Source: Lytechinus pictus
Lineage: Eukaryota
NCBI RefSeq assembly: GCF_037042905.1
Contig: NC_087246.1
Span: 22,506,001-22,570,000 of the forward strand
Direction of reading: 5' to 3'
DNA: 64,000 nt
The notes under the pieces were generated by a model. That model saw only the letters and a program-made list of their open reading frames with translations, did no database searches and was not told the DNA's origin. Below are positions 36,425 to 50,128 of the stretch, one piece after another (position 1 is the first letter of the stretch; every line of letters starts with the position of its first letter). The position numbers and the translations under genes are program-made.

Positions 36425-39048
36425 TCTTCTATCCATCTATCTTTTTTTCTGTCTTCCTGTTTCTTCCTTCCTTCCTCTATTTCTCCATATCTTGTCTCTA
36501 TGCACCGTTCGAGTATTTAATAAATGAAGTTGTATTCATTTTACTTGTATATATAGTTGTTCAATTCAAATTTACATTCTGTTAACTTCAAGTTTTTAAA
36601 CAGGCATTAAGGTATTTTGTTTAAATGGTAATAAAATCGTTCAAATCTAATACTGGAGTTCACCATATTCTTGTTTTTGGTTTTCTTCGCCAGTTAACAT
36701 TAAGCCATAAGGATAAAGGTAACATTATGATACGCTCTCCATCGATACAATCTTTTAAACTGTTCCTTTCTAGAAACTGTAAATTTGTGAATTTTTCAAC
36801 AAACGTCATCTCTCATTCATATCTTTGTATCATGTTTTTGTTGCTGGTGTACAAATACAAAATTTATGGCAATGTTATATAAAGGGGTGTATATTATGCT
36901 TTGATTTACTGATAAAACTTTGCACTTGGAAAAGTAATTGCAATGATAAGTTCAATCACCAATGATTATTCAGATATTATCAGTATAATGTGATAAAACC
37001 CTTTTTATCAAAGCATAGTTTTACCTTATTATCCAGATATGTTATGTCTGAATGCTCATATCACGGTACTTTGAAGTTCTTTGTACTTCTCTTTGGAGTC
37101 GGCAAAATGTTTAGGTCCACATTTTTTTTTTTTAGCCAAACCTTGCCATAGCCTATTTTGCTGTACTTCTCGTCAAGATAAATAAGTTCCATAACTAATA
37201 TTGGGCGTAATAATTGCTTTCAGTAAATAAAGTTGGAAAGAAAACGATACAAAGGTCTATGATTCAGATGTACAAAAGTCTACTGTCTTCTAGTAATCGC
37301 TATAATCGTAGTAGATTTTTTTCAGACAGAACATATAAATTCTTATGTATTGAACTTACTGAACCCAGAAATGTCTCTACATTAATAGAGTATATCGCTA
37401 CACAAACTTTTCGGATCTTTTATATGAAAATGTACAGGTGTCACAAATATTCTTAACCATGTGCGCCGTTTCTTGTTTTGTATGCCTATTGATCTATCTG
37501 ATTATGATTTAAGAAACTATCCAAAGTACAAACTAATGTTTTGAGACCTATGATAGATTTATACATAAATTCTATCAATTGAAATAATAATAGTCAGTTC
37601 TTGTATAGCACATAACACTATAAGCGCTTCCAAAGGACTTGGATATTATGGAAATGATGAACAATAACGATTAGATAGAGCCTCGTCGATCTGGCGCTGC
37701 ACAGCGGCTGCCGGGCCCACGATCAATTGGGAAAAACAAATTTCGGTGTATTTCATTTCATGTCTATTTCGAACAATAAAATATTTTTTTCAACTGTTTC
37801 ATTGTATACTCCTTCATAAACTTACACGTATGGTTTCTTTGTCATTCTGCTAACCATCATGAGGGTTAAGGGCTACGTAGCCTAATAGAATCAATATTGA
37901 CGTGCTGTACTACTCTTCTTTATTATTTAGGCCATATTGGTCGTTTCTCAGCTGAGATGATTTCACTAAGTATATATAATTTATGTCACTGTATCATATC
38001 TGATCCATGATGATATAGTGACAATAATCTTGGTTTTACAGACATTTTCATGAAAAACAGTGTTTACTGCAACTACTTTCATTTATCTTTCAGGGAGAGG
38101 CATTTCCTATGCAATTAGTTTCCTATTACGAATGATACTAACATGCACGGACTCTTACATTTGGTAACCATGGGAACATTGGTGAATAAGATGCAAGTTT
38201 CAAAATCAATATGAACATACATAAGATACAGTTTAAATCATTTTTAAAAGTGTATCATAGTAACAAACAGCAAGTGGTTCCCAGCAATATGTTAAAAATG
38301 TATATTATATCATAAACATTTAAATATTTTGCTCTCAAAGGAATGAAAGGTCAAAAGGGTATTGAAGTTTAAAGCTAAACTAATGAAGTATAGTATTATA
38401 TTGTGTGAGAATATTGTATATAAGAGCTTTATATTATTTTGCATATTTTATACCAGAAAACAAACGAAATGTCTTTAATATATTCAATGTGATAGAAGCG
38501 TATTGTGGGCCTATGGACTTGAATGCTTATATTAAACCAGAACGTGATATCAAGAACTCTTCAAATAGAGACTTAAAACATTTATACCTTGTTATGTTAT
38601 CATTTAATAGCATATTTTTTTCATCTTATCTTCTGTATGAGTTTACATTTGGCAGCAATAAACACATGTAATTAAACATGTACAAATAAAAAGAGAATGG
38701 AAGCAATTTTGATTTTTGTTATCAATGTAAGTAGTGTGTAAACGTGATTAAAAAAATATCCAGAACAATGGTGCAGCATTCACACTTTAAAAACACGTAT
38801 TACAAGTTGATTAGATATTGAGTCACCATGGTCACAGCTCGCTGTTCCAAAGATTCAAAAATTCTAAACTTCGTCATGTTCGTAGGCTAAGTTACTCCAA
38901 CAGTCCACTAAAAATATGAAGGTTTATAATTCCGAAGAAAATTAACTAGCGTTCGACATCCCAAAAGTTGGTTCAGCCGAAAACGACATTCAGTTCGTTA
39001 TGAATGTGTCATAGTCCGAAAATGAAGTAAGGCTCGTAGTTCATTAGT

Positions 39049-39238
39049 TTGTTTGTTTGTTTGTTTTGTTTTAAACAACACGTGTACACGTTGGTATCAA
39101 TAATGCAAACAGCTTGATGCAAGATAATACAAAGACCGATGCAGGTCAAATGCCTTTCTCAAGGGCCGTGCCGGCAATCGAACCTCTGACTGCCAGGTAG
39201 TAGTCGGGCACTTTAGACCACTCGTCCACGGCACCTTT
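39049..39238 (-). mobile_element. Short tRNA-derived SINE with (AAAC)n tail
   Basis: Minus strand GCCGTGGACGAGTGGTCTAAAG (A box)...GGTTCGATTGCC (B-box-like)GGCACGGC, then body and aaacaaacaaac tail. Confidence 0.65.
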
Positions 39239-39769
39239 CCATTTATTAGTCTCGTACTAATTAACGAACATTATTTTGCCATATGATCAAAGAACCATTC
39301 GGAATAATGAACCATATATGTTCTTTTTTTATTATTATTATTAATGAACCTTCAGAATATAGAACGCTTTGGAAAAAATGCCACAAATGTTTGTATAACG
39401 GAACCTTCCTCATTTTCGGACTAACGAACATGTTTTTATATGATGTAACTACACAGTGCTCATCAGTCATTTAAATTCAAGGATTCCAATGAAAGTTACC
39501 ATTGGATGGCAAAGTTACCATAATAGTAACTTTTTTGCAAGGGGCCCTCGTCCATGTTGTCTGTCATGTTCACGAACAAAGATTATGATAACCACGCAAG
39601 AAATATAAGTTTTCAGGGTTTCTTTATTAAGTAAACTGGAATTTTCAACCAACATTAAAATACATGTCGGTTGGTTGTAGGGAGGTGAACGTTTGTGGGG
39701 TGTGTGGGATTACAATATGATGTCAGGTGAAAGAAAAGAACATAAGGACTTCTAGCATGTCTAGGAAGA

Positions 39770-40482
39770 AGTGACGGCACCAAGAGGGGACACGGGGGCA
39801 TTTGCAATCCCCAGTCAGGATCGTCCCCCCCCCCCCAATACATTTTGAAAACTGAAGAAAAATGTGTATCAATGCTGTCATAGGCATCCTACTCAAGCTT
39901 CAAGGTGCTCCAAAACAGCATTTTCACTCATCAAATCTTGAAAATTTTCCCACCCAGTCACTGTTAGCACAAATCTTTCAAGTCATCATATAAAATGAAA
40001 AAAAATGGCTCGCGCTTCGCGCTCGTTGTGACTGTTTTATTCTCGTGATTCCAGTTTTCATTCTTTGTTATAGCAAGATAAGCATTCTGTATGTTCATGA
40101 TTACAAAAAAAGTGATGAATATTAACAAATTTAGCTCGCGGTACCCTCTCGCATCAATTTTTTAGTTCGATACCCTTCCATGTTCATGGTTAAAAAAGTG
40201 ATAAAAACGTTCGGTTATCATCTCAGGATATTAGACATTTTAGGCTCGCGCTTCGCGATAGCATTATTCATTTGTATGAGATATCATCTTCACAGGTTAC
40301 TTGCAAAAGTCCTTGACCATGTTTACTGGTCCCTTTTCAAGTCAGTAGGGCCTATATATTCAGAATTTTAGCTCGCGCTGCGAGGTCGATTTTTGGAAAC
40401 GAGCAAAAAATGTCATGTCCGCATTTACCCCCCACCATATATTCTTTTGCTCCCCAATTTTAAAATCCTGGTGCCGCCACTG
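39770..40482. mobile_element. CAGTGGCG-type MITE with internal gctcgcgcttcgc repeats
   Basis: agtgacggcacca ... tggtgccgccactg termini. Confidence 0.65.
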
Positions 40483-40660
40483 AACGGAATAAGCCATTTA
40501 TTCTCATATTAAGTTAAAGCAATGCAAATGGTCTTATAACCCAGCAAGCTACAGCCAAGTATGTGTTAATGCAATTCAGCCTTATACCTCCCCCCCCCCC
40601 GCCCGACAGCAATGATGGCATTGGCGTAATAATTAAACTATTGAAAATAATAAAATGGAA

Positions 40661-40911
40661 TCATTCAAGGTATTCAGCAGGCATAGGTTTGTTTTCAATG
40701 GCAGCTCTTAAATTATTCAGACCAAGTCCATATATTGCATCTAACCCTCCCTCGGTAAACACCCCCGCGTGGGGGCAAACTATCACGTTAGGCATGTTCA
40801 GGAGTGGGTGTTCTTTGGGTAAGATCCCAGGGTCTGTGGCGTCTAATGCAGCTCCAGCGATCAACTTGCTTCTTAAAGCCTCTACTAAGTCATCTGTTTT
40901 AACTATTCCTC
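40661..40911 (-). CDS. GRHPR-like exon 5 (GIVKTDDL...PAEYLE*)
   Basis: ttttttgtag| acceptor; TGA stop. Confidence 0.9.
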
Positions 40912-43900
40912 CTACAAAAAAGAAACAGATATAAGGGGATGGACGAATTCTTACAATCATTTTATTATGAATGTCTTTGATTCCTCTGATTACGTCAGAA
41001 TTTCTAGCAGTATAGTCCAAGAACGGTCTAAGAGGAAGAATAGAACGAATCGTCTTCTTGAAAATTTAATCAGAAATTATTTAATAAAATATACAGATTC
41101 AAAAGAAAATGGTTTTTGTGCGTGTGTCTATGTGTTCGCTATTTGCATTGCGTGGACATGCTTTCCTCGACAGGATTTGATAAACCATTCAAATATAAAA
41201 ACAAGTTTGGTATGGTGCTAAAGCTAGATATGAAAATTGGGCCGTTGTTTCAATATTTAAATTTTTACCAACCCCGAAACTAAGCATATCAAAATGAACA
41301 TTTATTTTAAGATCATCTTTGGGCAAATTAAGACTAATTTTTGTTCATTTGTTTTAAAATCGTTTAAAATTGTTTAAAAACTTTAAACCACAAATGTATT
41401 TTTATGGTCAGTAGCGTACGCAGGGGGGGGTACAGGGGTTCAACCCTCCTAAATTTTTAATCCCTTTTTATACGCAGGGAGGTGGTTGCAGGGGTCCCCC
41501 TAAAATTCAAAATTTGTTTGAAAGGTGAAGACCTTTTTTCGGGGGGGGGGGGCTTCTCAACTTTTCATTCACCTTGACCCCCCCCCCCCCCTCCTTTAAA
41601 AAATCCTGCATACGCTACTGTTTATGGCAGCCATTCTCAATTACTTTTTTTGAAGCGCCATATTTCTTGTTGAGAATCTGTAATGCGCCACTATCCATTA
41701 CGCAAACCAGTATTTTAGAAGGGGTCTAGAGGCCCCTGGTAGGGTCGAGGGGCAGAGCCCCCAGAAGTTTTGGAATAATAGGCCTTTTAAATTGCCCAGA
41801 GAGGCTTTAATTAATATCAACAGAAGAAAATACGAATGCCAACAAACTACACATTATATTTATTAAAAGAAAAATGATTAGTGACTTTTTCACAACATAC
41901 CAATGAAACAACTAGTTCAGATTGTTCTGCACCAGATCTATTGGCTGAAGCAAGTGGCGTAATGAGTAAAAAGAAAATGAGGGGACTAAAATGGCAGCTG
42001 AAGCAAAAATCTTGAACTTTTCAATACAAAAATATATATTTTGACATAATATTCAGAAAAAAATACAATATTCCACTCTTTCCCTTTCCTTTTCTCCTTT
42101 TCCCTCCTTGTCCTTGAAACACTTTGGGGCCCCAATCCCCACCCCAATCTGTACGCCAGTGGCTGAATTTACAGTCCCTGGATTTCCATGGGCTGAAAAT
42201 TAGGCGTTGCACTGCACTAACGCCAAAAACTGCCCCCTCTCTCTCTTTCTACTACTCGTGTTAAACAAGAATGCATGCAGGCAATCGTGGCAGGCAATAC
42301 ATCAAACATATTTCACTTTTAAAACTTCGGATTTTAATCGGCTTCGGAAACAAAGTTTCTGCTTATTATGTCCCTAATTCATTATCTTTTATGATCAGGA
42401 TGTCCTTTGAATATCATATTATTTGATATTTAACTCTTAACAAAAACGTATACTCTGGCAATGCAAAATTACTCGCCGTAGAAATAGAAATCCTACATGC
42501 GGGGCTTTCAAATCACCTGTGTGGCACAAAAACTTTGTACAGCATAGAATAAATAAAAAGAACACAATCGATCCTCCATTATAGGGATTATCGAGTGCTA
42601 AATTTGACAAAAGTTGAGGAAATCAATAAGTACTTAAGTTTCAAGTAAAGATTTTTTGTTTTCTCTTTGTATTAAAATGATCACCAAATCCTCATGTTAC
42701 TGGTAGATACATTTTCTCCCCAATTTTTCCTTATTTTTATTTTTTTAAACCGGCTCCCAAGCGCCACTCCACAAGGCTTGGTGCGCCACAAGTGGCGCGC
42801 GCGCCACCATTTGAGAATCCCTGGTTTATGGTATATTACCTAAATGATTGGCACCTATATTTAAAGAGTAAATTGCATTAAGCATACTATTTAGATTACA
42901 TACCTCTTGCTATATTGATAAGAAATGATGATGACTTCATTAGTTTGAGTTTCTCTATCGTAATCATGTGTCTGCTGTCAGGTGTTAAAGGGGTGCATAA
43001 TATCAAGAAATCAACTTGCGGCAAGATTCCCTCTAAGGTCGGAACGTAGGTGGCGTGAACAGATTCTTCAATTTCTTTTGATCTGCAGACGTAAATCATG
43101 AATGATAAATGACTTAAATTTTAAACATTGCAGGGAGATAGAATAAGAACAAAGTAAAATGACCAACCGACTTCTATCCGAGACTAACTGTCAATGAAAA
43201 AAATACAACAAGCAACAGTAATTTATATTTTAAGTAACTCTACTTAGGGGCTGATCCAAGATTTCCCAAAGGAAAAGGGGGGCACATTTTGCGGATGAAA
43301 ATTTGACCCAAAAAAAAAAGTTTTTCACCTAAAATCAAAGGTCATTTCGTCCGCGGAAAATGTAACAAGCCCCCCCCCCCCCAAAAAAAAAAAAAAAAAT
43401 GAATGAATAAATAAAAAATAAATAAATAATAAATAAATAAAAAAATAGAAATAAAAAAGGTCCTCACTTTCACTTTCAAAAGGGGGTGGGGCACACTTGA
43501 GTAAAAACGGTATATTTACATTACAAATTTTGATTATAGCTCTTAAGGGGGGCATGGGCCGGCTATGCCCCCCCCCCCTGGATCCGCCACTGACTCTACT
43601 ACATCGCATTTTAGTTATCACGAAACATGCTCTGTGCCTGAATTTCGCTTGAGAAACCCATTTGATTTATTGTTAGAAATCGACCTTAGCGAAGACTTAA
43701 TTTATTTCTAAACTTATGGAACTCTATACATGACGTTTTGTTCATTTGACATGTTCATTTGTCATTTCTCGTTTTATTGCAACAGAACTTTTTGGAACGT
43801 TTCAAAATCAAATTAAAATAAATAGGAATTTTATCAGAACAGATTGATGTTGACAACAGGCATTCTAGAAATGTGACGATTCATGAGAAAGCCACCGAAA

Positions 43901-46900
43901 TAGATCTGTGGGTTCAAGACTGTACCTTTGTTTCCTATTATGATAGAGTATTTTCATTCTGAATCCCATCGCTCGTTTAGCAATCTCCAGCCCTATTTTA
44001 CCCAAACCTATGATGCCCAGCGTCGATTCGAATATATCCTGTCCACGACGTCGAAAACTTCGCTCGATTTCGAATTTTTCTCCAACCTCGTAACTTCTAG
44101 CCACTTCCATCACTACAACAGTAGAAAAGAAAAAAGGATACGATAAAAAAAATTCAAACAATAATAGCCACCATATCCTACTCTATTTTCAACCCATGAA
44201 ATAGCCAGCGGTCTTTCATCCTTTGCGAATCTTAGTATTATTTTACGAAAGTTTAGCACAGGGATTTATTCATTTTTTATGTATCTCACCATTGCGAGAA
44301 ATTGTTAAGAAACCCAGGCCTGATTGCTTAGTAATGTTACATTTACGGGATTTTATTATTTTGATATTGGTTTGTTTATCATACCCTGTTCTGAAATGTG
44401 TTGAAAGAAGCAAAGTCCAGTGCTGATAAAATAAAGGTAAAGTTCATGTTTATAAAGCATGGAACAATATCTAGAAAATCCGTTGCTAGCAGCTTATATC
44501 AATATGAACATCTGCATAGTTTCATGATCAAGTATTTATCACTTTTATCACTTTTTAGACATTTACTTCGATCAAAGGCTATATAGTAGTAGTGGTAGTA
44601 GAAGCAGNNNNNNNNNNNNNNNNNNNNNNNNNNNNNNNNNNNNNNNNNNNNNNNNNNNNNNNNNNNNNNNNNNNNNNNNNNNNNNNNNNNNNNNNNNNNN
44701 NNNNNNNNNNNNNNNNNNNNNNNNNNNNNNNNNNNNNNNNNNNNNNNNNNNNNNNNATTACTAATTCTAGTAGTAGTCAGTACGTCGAAGTAGTAGGTAT
44801 TTGTAAGACTTTTTATCACCATCCTTTTTAGTCAGTTTTATGAATATTTCAATGGCAAATTGAAATCGATCTTCTTTTACACTAAAATGATATATTATGT
44901 TCATTATCATATATCTTCTAAATGAAATATGCGAATTAGTAGCAGAATCGGGATATCATCGGGTATAGGGATAGATAATTGTTCAATTTTGTTTGGCAAT
45001 TTGTCTATACAAGCAAGAAAGGTTTCATTTGCAATTACCAAATTGATACCTACCCCCCCCCCCCTTTCCAAAAAAAAATCAAGCCTTATACTCCTCCCTC
45101 AATACCATGACTAACGGCTCTTCCGTACCTCGTATCGAAAGTTATTCTTAACTCAATAACAGAGCTCGAATCGAGCAGTACTAGATATCCAAGTATACTG
45201 ATGCAGAGGTTTGAGGTTCAATTTCTGGCCAAATTTCATCAAAATTTGCAGCACTCACTCACAAATATTCATTTTCTGTCAGTTCATATAGTGGCAGTCA
45301 AAGTCATTCCTGGCATTTGTCGACCGACAAATGCGGATGACCTCCCCCCCCCCCCCCTCGTTACATTTTAATTGTGACGTCAATTGACGGTCCCAGACGT
45401 AATCCTATCTACTTGATACACATCTATAAAATTCAATAACACCATTCACAGAGAAGTTAATGAGCTTATATACTTTCTGGTATTCTTCTCCCTATGGCCA
45501 TTAGTAATGTGAAAGCTAGATCAGCCGTTGGTTGGGTGATTACGTCAGGTGCATAACCGACCTTAATACCATACTTCCTTAAGAGGGGTATATCAAGATG
45601 ATCTACACCGACACCTACGGACGATACTACCTACAATGAAGGAGAAATGTTGAAGAAAATAAAAATCAACCACCACGCAATAATACTCACAAGAAAACGA
45701 TGAAGATGACGACGACGATGATGATAATGATGGCGATGATAGCGATGATGATGATGTTGGTAGTGATGATGATGATAATGATGATGCTGATGAAGATGAT
45801 GACGACGAGGACGATGATGATGACGATAATACTAATGGTGCATTATGATGATGATGAAGACGATGATGGTGACGATGACGACGATGATGGCGGTGGTGAT
45901 GATGACGATGATAAAGACGATGACGATGATATACATGGATGATAAATTTCCATACGCAATAAACAAAATAACAACGACTAAGAAGATAATTATGAAAATA
46001 ATGATGATCATGATGATGATGCCNNNNNNNNNNNNNNNNNNNNNNNNNNNNNNNNNNNNNNNNNNNNNNNNNNNNNNNNNNNNNNNNNNNNNNNNNNNNN
46101 NNNNNNNNNNNNNNNNNNNNNNNNNNNNNNNNNNNNNNNNNNNNNNNNNNNNNNNNNNNNNNNNNNNNNNNNNNNNNNNNNNNNNNNNNNNNNNNNNNNN
46201 NNNNNNNNNNNNNNNNNNNNNNNNNNNNNNNNNNNNNNNNNNNNNNNNNNNNNNNNNNNNNNNNNNNNNNNNNNNNNNNNNNNNNNNNNNNNNNNNNNNN
46301 NNNNNNNNNNNNNNNNNNNNNNNNNNNNNNNNNNNNNNNNNNNNNNNNNNNNNNNNNNNNNNNNNNNNNNNNNNNNNNNNNNNNNNNNNNNNNNNNNNNN
46401 NNNNNNNNNNNNNNNNNNNNNNNNNNNNNNNNNNNNNNNNNNNNNNNNNNNNNAATCATAAAACTGATAAACTGATAAAGATTATTAATGATAAAGGAAA
46501 TGGAGTCTGTACAAAACTAGCCCAGGACTACCCCTCTGTAATGTGCCTGCGATGCTACTGTCTTCTCGGTGAAACGGATCCCAAGTCAACATTACCAATG
46601 ACAATTGGTTGATTTGGACTCGGTTTCAACCGAAACCAACCGATGATGTCACTGAAAAAAAGGGAATAGTTTTGTATCAGTCTGTGGTTGGTTTGATTGG
46701 TGTGATTGCCATATCACTGCAAGTCCAGTCCAAAAACAAACATAAGAAAAAAAAGGCAGGAAACGAAACAGTAACAGGAAAAGTACTAATTGGAAAACGA
46801 GAAAATATCAGAAGATTAATGATAAGAATAACAGTATACTTAGGTACCTTTAGACTCGTCATCTTGGTCAAAAGTTCACCGGTGAGTGTAACATACTCTA

Positions 46901-47072
46901 TTGGAGATACAATCAATCCTTGGACCCTTTCGAGGTATACATCCGGGCTCTTGATCACTTCTGACCACTTGATAAAGTTGTAGTCATCTTTCCTAGTTTT
47001 CTGCTTTTTGATCACATCAAACATGCTAAGTGATACAACTGTCGCGATGCAAACTCTTTCCTCGCCCGCCAT
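40661..47072 (-). CDS. GRHPR: Glyoxylate/hydroxypyruvate reductase-like D-2-hydroxyacid dehydrogenase, about 332 aa; exons 47072-46848, 45630-45474, 44112-43926, 43082-42904, 40911-40661
   Basis: Phases 0,1,2,1 are consistent; CDS 999 nt. Motifs VGVGVDHLDI, TADLAFTLL, TLGIIGLGKIG (Rossmann), YHNR, PLTPDSRHMI, LINIARGGIV, AGAALD, PHAG. Probably a paralog rather than a strict ortholog. Confidence 0.9.
41409..41620. mobile_element. CAGTAGCG poly-G MITE
   Basis: CAGTAGCGTACGCAGG / CCTGCATACGCTACTG; TSD TTTATGGT, right copy split by the next element. Confidence 0.8.
41628..42823. mobile_element. Charlie-like hAT non-autonomous element containing a nested MITE (about 41952-42161)
   Basis: CAGCCATTCTCAA / TTGAGAATCCCTG; TSD GTTTATGG at 41620-41627 and 42824-42831. 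Confidence 0.8.
42904..43082 (-). CDS. GRHPR-like exon 4 (...LINIARG)
   Basis: tctgcag|...G|gtatgt. Confidence 0.9.
43245..43592. mobile_element. Poly-G/C MITE with 8-bp TSD
   Basis: taggggctgatcca...tggatccgccactg; TSD ACTCTACT. Confidence 0.8.
43926..44112 (-). CDS. GRHPR-like exon 3 (Rossmann GIIGLGKIG)
   Basis: tgttgtag|...AG|gtacag. Confidence 0.9.
44608..44756. other. Assembly gap flanked by (TAG)n
   Basis: N run. Confidence 0.99.
45474..45630 (-). CDS. GRHPR-like exon 2 (VVSSVGVGVDHLDI...GRRIPE)
   Basis: cattgtag|...|gtatat; missed by the ORF track. Confidence 0.9.
45698..46023. repeat. (GAT/GAC)n degenerate microsatellite running into a gap
   Basis: Visible trinucleotide repeat in GRHPR-like intron 1. 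Confidence 0.92.
46024..46453. other. Assembly gap
   Basis: N run. Confidence 0.99.
46848..47072 (-). CDS. GRHPR-like exon 1 (MAGEERV...MTSLK)
   Basis: acaATGg start; AAG|gtacct, phase 0. Confidence 0.8.
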
Positions 47073-48074
47073 TGTTACATTACTATCTGATTTAAAAAAA
47101 AAACGTAGACATAACACACAAGACACTTCAAGGCGAACCTCATCCCAACAAATAAAAACAGAAAAATCAAACAGACAAACAGGATAACGCTGAATATATT
47201 TATTTTATTTATTCATTCATTTAGATATTTCTTATATTTATACAGGGTGGCACATATGTCTTCCATGTGGCCCTGTTAACAAAAAGAACAACAAATAATA
47301 TAATTGATAATGAAAAAATATATCATCAACGAAAAGGGAATTTACTAAATCAGTCATCAAACGTGCAATTTGCTAAAAGAAGTTTATATATATATATATA
47401 TTATTATGATGGAAGGGAAATTTACCACTACAAATAAGATTCTAAACAAAGGATCAGACTTTTGCAGCTAAGTACCATGTGAGAAAAAAACGCTGAAATG
47501 TGTTTGTCAAGATACGAATGTGTAACTATGTATTTATTATTACATTCTTAAAAATGTTGGGCAACATAATTTCCACAACACAACAATCGGTTAAAACTTA
47601 ATCCAAGTCTGGGTAGTTTTAAACCAATAATGTGTGTTTGGGTGAAAACTACACCGTACTGGTTGAAAACTACTCAGAGTTGGATAATCATTTTAAGCAA
47701 TTGTTGTGTTGACAGTTTGTTGCCCAACACATGTAATTTCGGTAGATCACTATTCACAGCCGACGTGGAATTATTTCAAATCTTTGAAATTAAGAGTGTA
47801 TGGGATTATCGTATGGGATTTGGGCATATTGTATAAAATGTTATTTCTGCAGATGTACGTTATTACAAATATGGATAAATTACTTAATTTTTAACTGTTT
47901 TTTTTTTCTAGTATCATCTATGTATGTTCTTTGCAGTAACCTAGTAGCAAATTAAAGTTACAATGACTCTAGAAATAGTTGGGCAAACAAATGCACAATT
48001 TGCAACCAACATTGCTTAACAAGCTGTCCGCCCAACTATTGGCTAAATTGTGTCCAGCTAATGTTGGGTATTAA

Positions 48075-48676
48075 AGGACAAGTCCACCCCAACAAAAAGA
48101 TGATTTGAATAGAAAGAGAAAAATCAAACAAGAATAACACTGAAAGTTTCATCAAAATCGGATCTGAAATAAGAAAGTTATGACATTTTTAATTTTTGCT
48201 AAATTTCACCAAACAGTTATATGCATATCCTGGTCAGTATGCAAATGAGGGGACCGATGACATCACCTACTCACTATTTCTTTTGTATTTTATTATATGA
48301 AATATGAAATATTTGAATTTTCTCCTCAATGTCATGTGAGCAAAGTTTCATTCCTCCCTTAACATGTGGGATTTGACTGTTTTAACATTTTGTGGTTCAA
48401 ACAAGATGGTCCTAATGGTCATATCCGTAAAAAATGAAATATTGTATAATTCAAACAATAAAAAACAAAAGAAATAGTGAGTGAGTGACATCATCAACTC
48501 TCTCATTTGCATATCACTGAGGTGAGCATAGAACTTTTTTGGGAAAAATAAGTGACACTTTAAAATGCCATAACTTTCTTATTTTACATCCGATTTTGAT
48601 GAGGTTTTCAGCATGATGCTAGTTTGATTTTTCTCTGTTTATTCTTACCAACATTTTTCTTGGGTGGACTTGACCT
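48075..48676. mobile_element. Kolobok/T2-like MITE, complete
   Basis: ttaa|AGGACAAGTCCACCC ... GGGTGGACTTGACCT|ttaa; long inverted arms. Confidence 0.88.
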
Positions 48677-50128
48677 TTAATCAGTTTGCTATGAGGTTGG
48701 GCAAATCCAATTTCCCATCAGTTGGTAACCCATCAGATTTCATCCAAATCTACAATTGACAAACGGTTGGTTAAATTTCCGCCCCAGACCATTGACCAAT
48801 TAAAAAAACAACAACAAACTATTGGGAAATAGAACATTTAGTTGGAATGCCAACTAGGGAAACAGTCGAAAGTTCCAACTAAATATGGTTATCTCATTTA
48901 ACCTGCTTTAAAAAAAACTGATATGACTGTACGGGTTAGCTAAACTTGAAACCACATTACAATACAAATAAAAAAATTATGGCCACGTCCTGGCCACCAG
49001 CTACCCATTGCCATTTTTTCGTCTCAGATACCAACATTAGAACATGGTACATGTGGTGCTACTTAGTACAGTTAAACTAACCTTTTATTTATGGCCAGAA
49101 AAGCAATGATATCGTGCATTCCGTACAAGCCAATTCTTTAAACTATTGTGATAAAATATGTATGAAAACTTTACAGTTTTACCTTTCTCTAATTATTAAT
49201 ATTTCACCATGCGTCTACGGCGATTTCACAAAAATGCAAATGAAATATAACGAATATAGAAATTGCCTAACTAAACTTCCCCCAACGTAAATTTATATAT
49301 ATATATATATATATACACACACAAAGATGATCAGCCCCAATTAGTAAAATAGTGATGATGATCTTTGCGAATTACTATCAGATGATCAACCCATACGGGC
49401 CAAAATGTTCCCAACTATATGTTTACGTCAAGATATTGGTAAAATATCATCCAAAATTTGAGTAGAAATAATCATCCAATAGTGGTTGAATAACTGGAAT
49501 GCTCAATAGAGTAATGAATTGCCCATCATTGTGATATTTTTGACCAACCAATGATTTACAAGTTAAATTCACCCAACGTTTCAGTGTAAAAAAAATTCCC
49601 ATGAAGGAAGAGGAAAACCTAAGGTGAAAATTTCAAATTAATAACAACAACTTTAAAAATGGGAACGTTAATTTAAACGGACCGAGGCAACAGCTAGTAT
49701 AAATATACACTGACTCTATCTCCCCTGTCTGTGTCGCCCCCTTTCTCTCCCCCCCTCAAAACTTAATTTCTTCCCCTGCCCGACATATCACCAAGTACCC
49801 ATTCACGTTTACGTACCATGCATCCGTTTTCTATACATTTGATATTCCAATATCAACATTATAGAAATCAAATCCATTGTACCAGAATAATGTTACTGCA
49901 GACAAAGGACCAATGGTACGTACCTGAACATTCGTTTCAGCGAATTCAAATTCGATCTTCTGATGCTCTTAAATATCAACGTTCCACTTGACAAGATCTG
50001 TAATGTAATAATCGCATTGCACATGCAGTCTATATTTAGCTGACAGTTGCAGTTACTAGTCAGACTTCGACTGTTAGGCCTGAAGTATTTGTCTCGTACT
50101 TTGATCCGTTGACAGCTGACATGCTTAA

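Noticed and set aside
39165-39236. Possible tRNA gene
   Set aside because: Imperfect B box and anticodon arm, followed by a SINE-like body and simple-repeat tail; the same applies to 62200-62272.
45593-46612. Poly-Asp/His/Met ORFs up to 288 aa
   Set aside because: (GAT)n microsatellite plus N gap within GRHPR-like intron 1.
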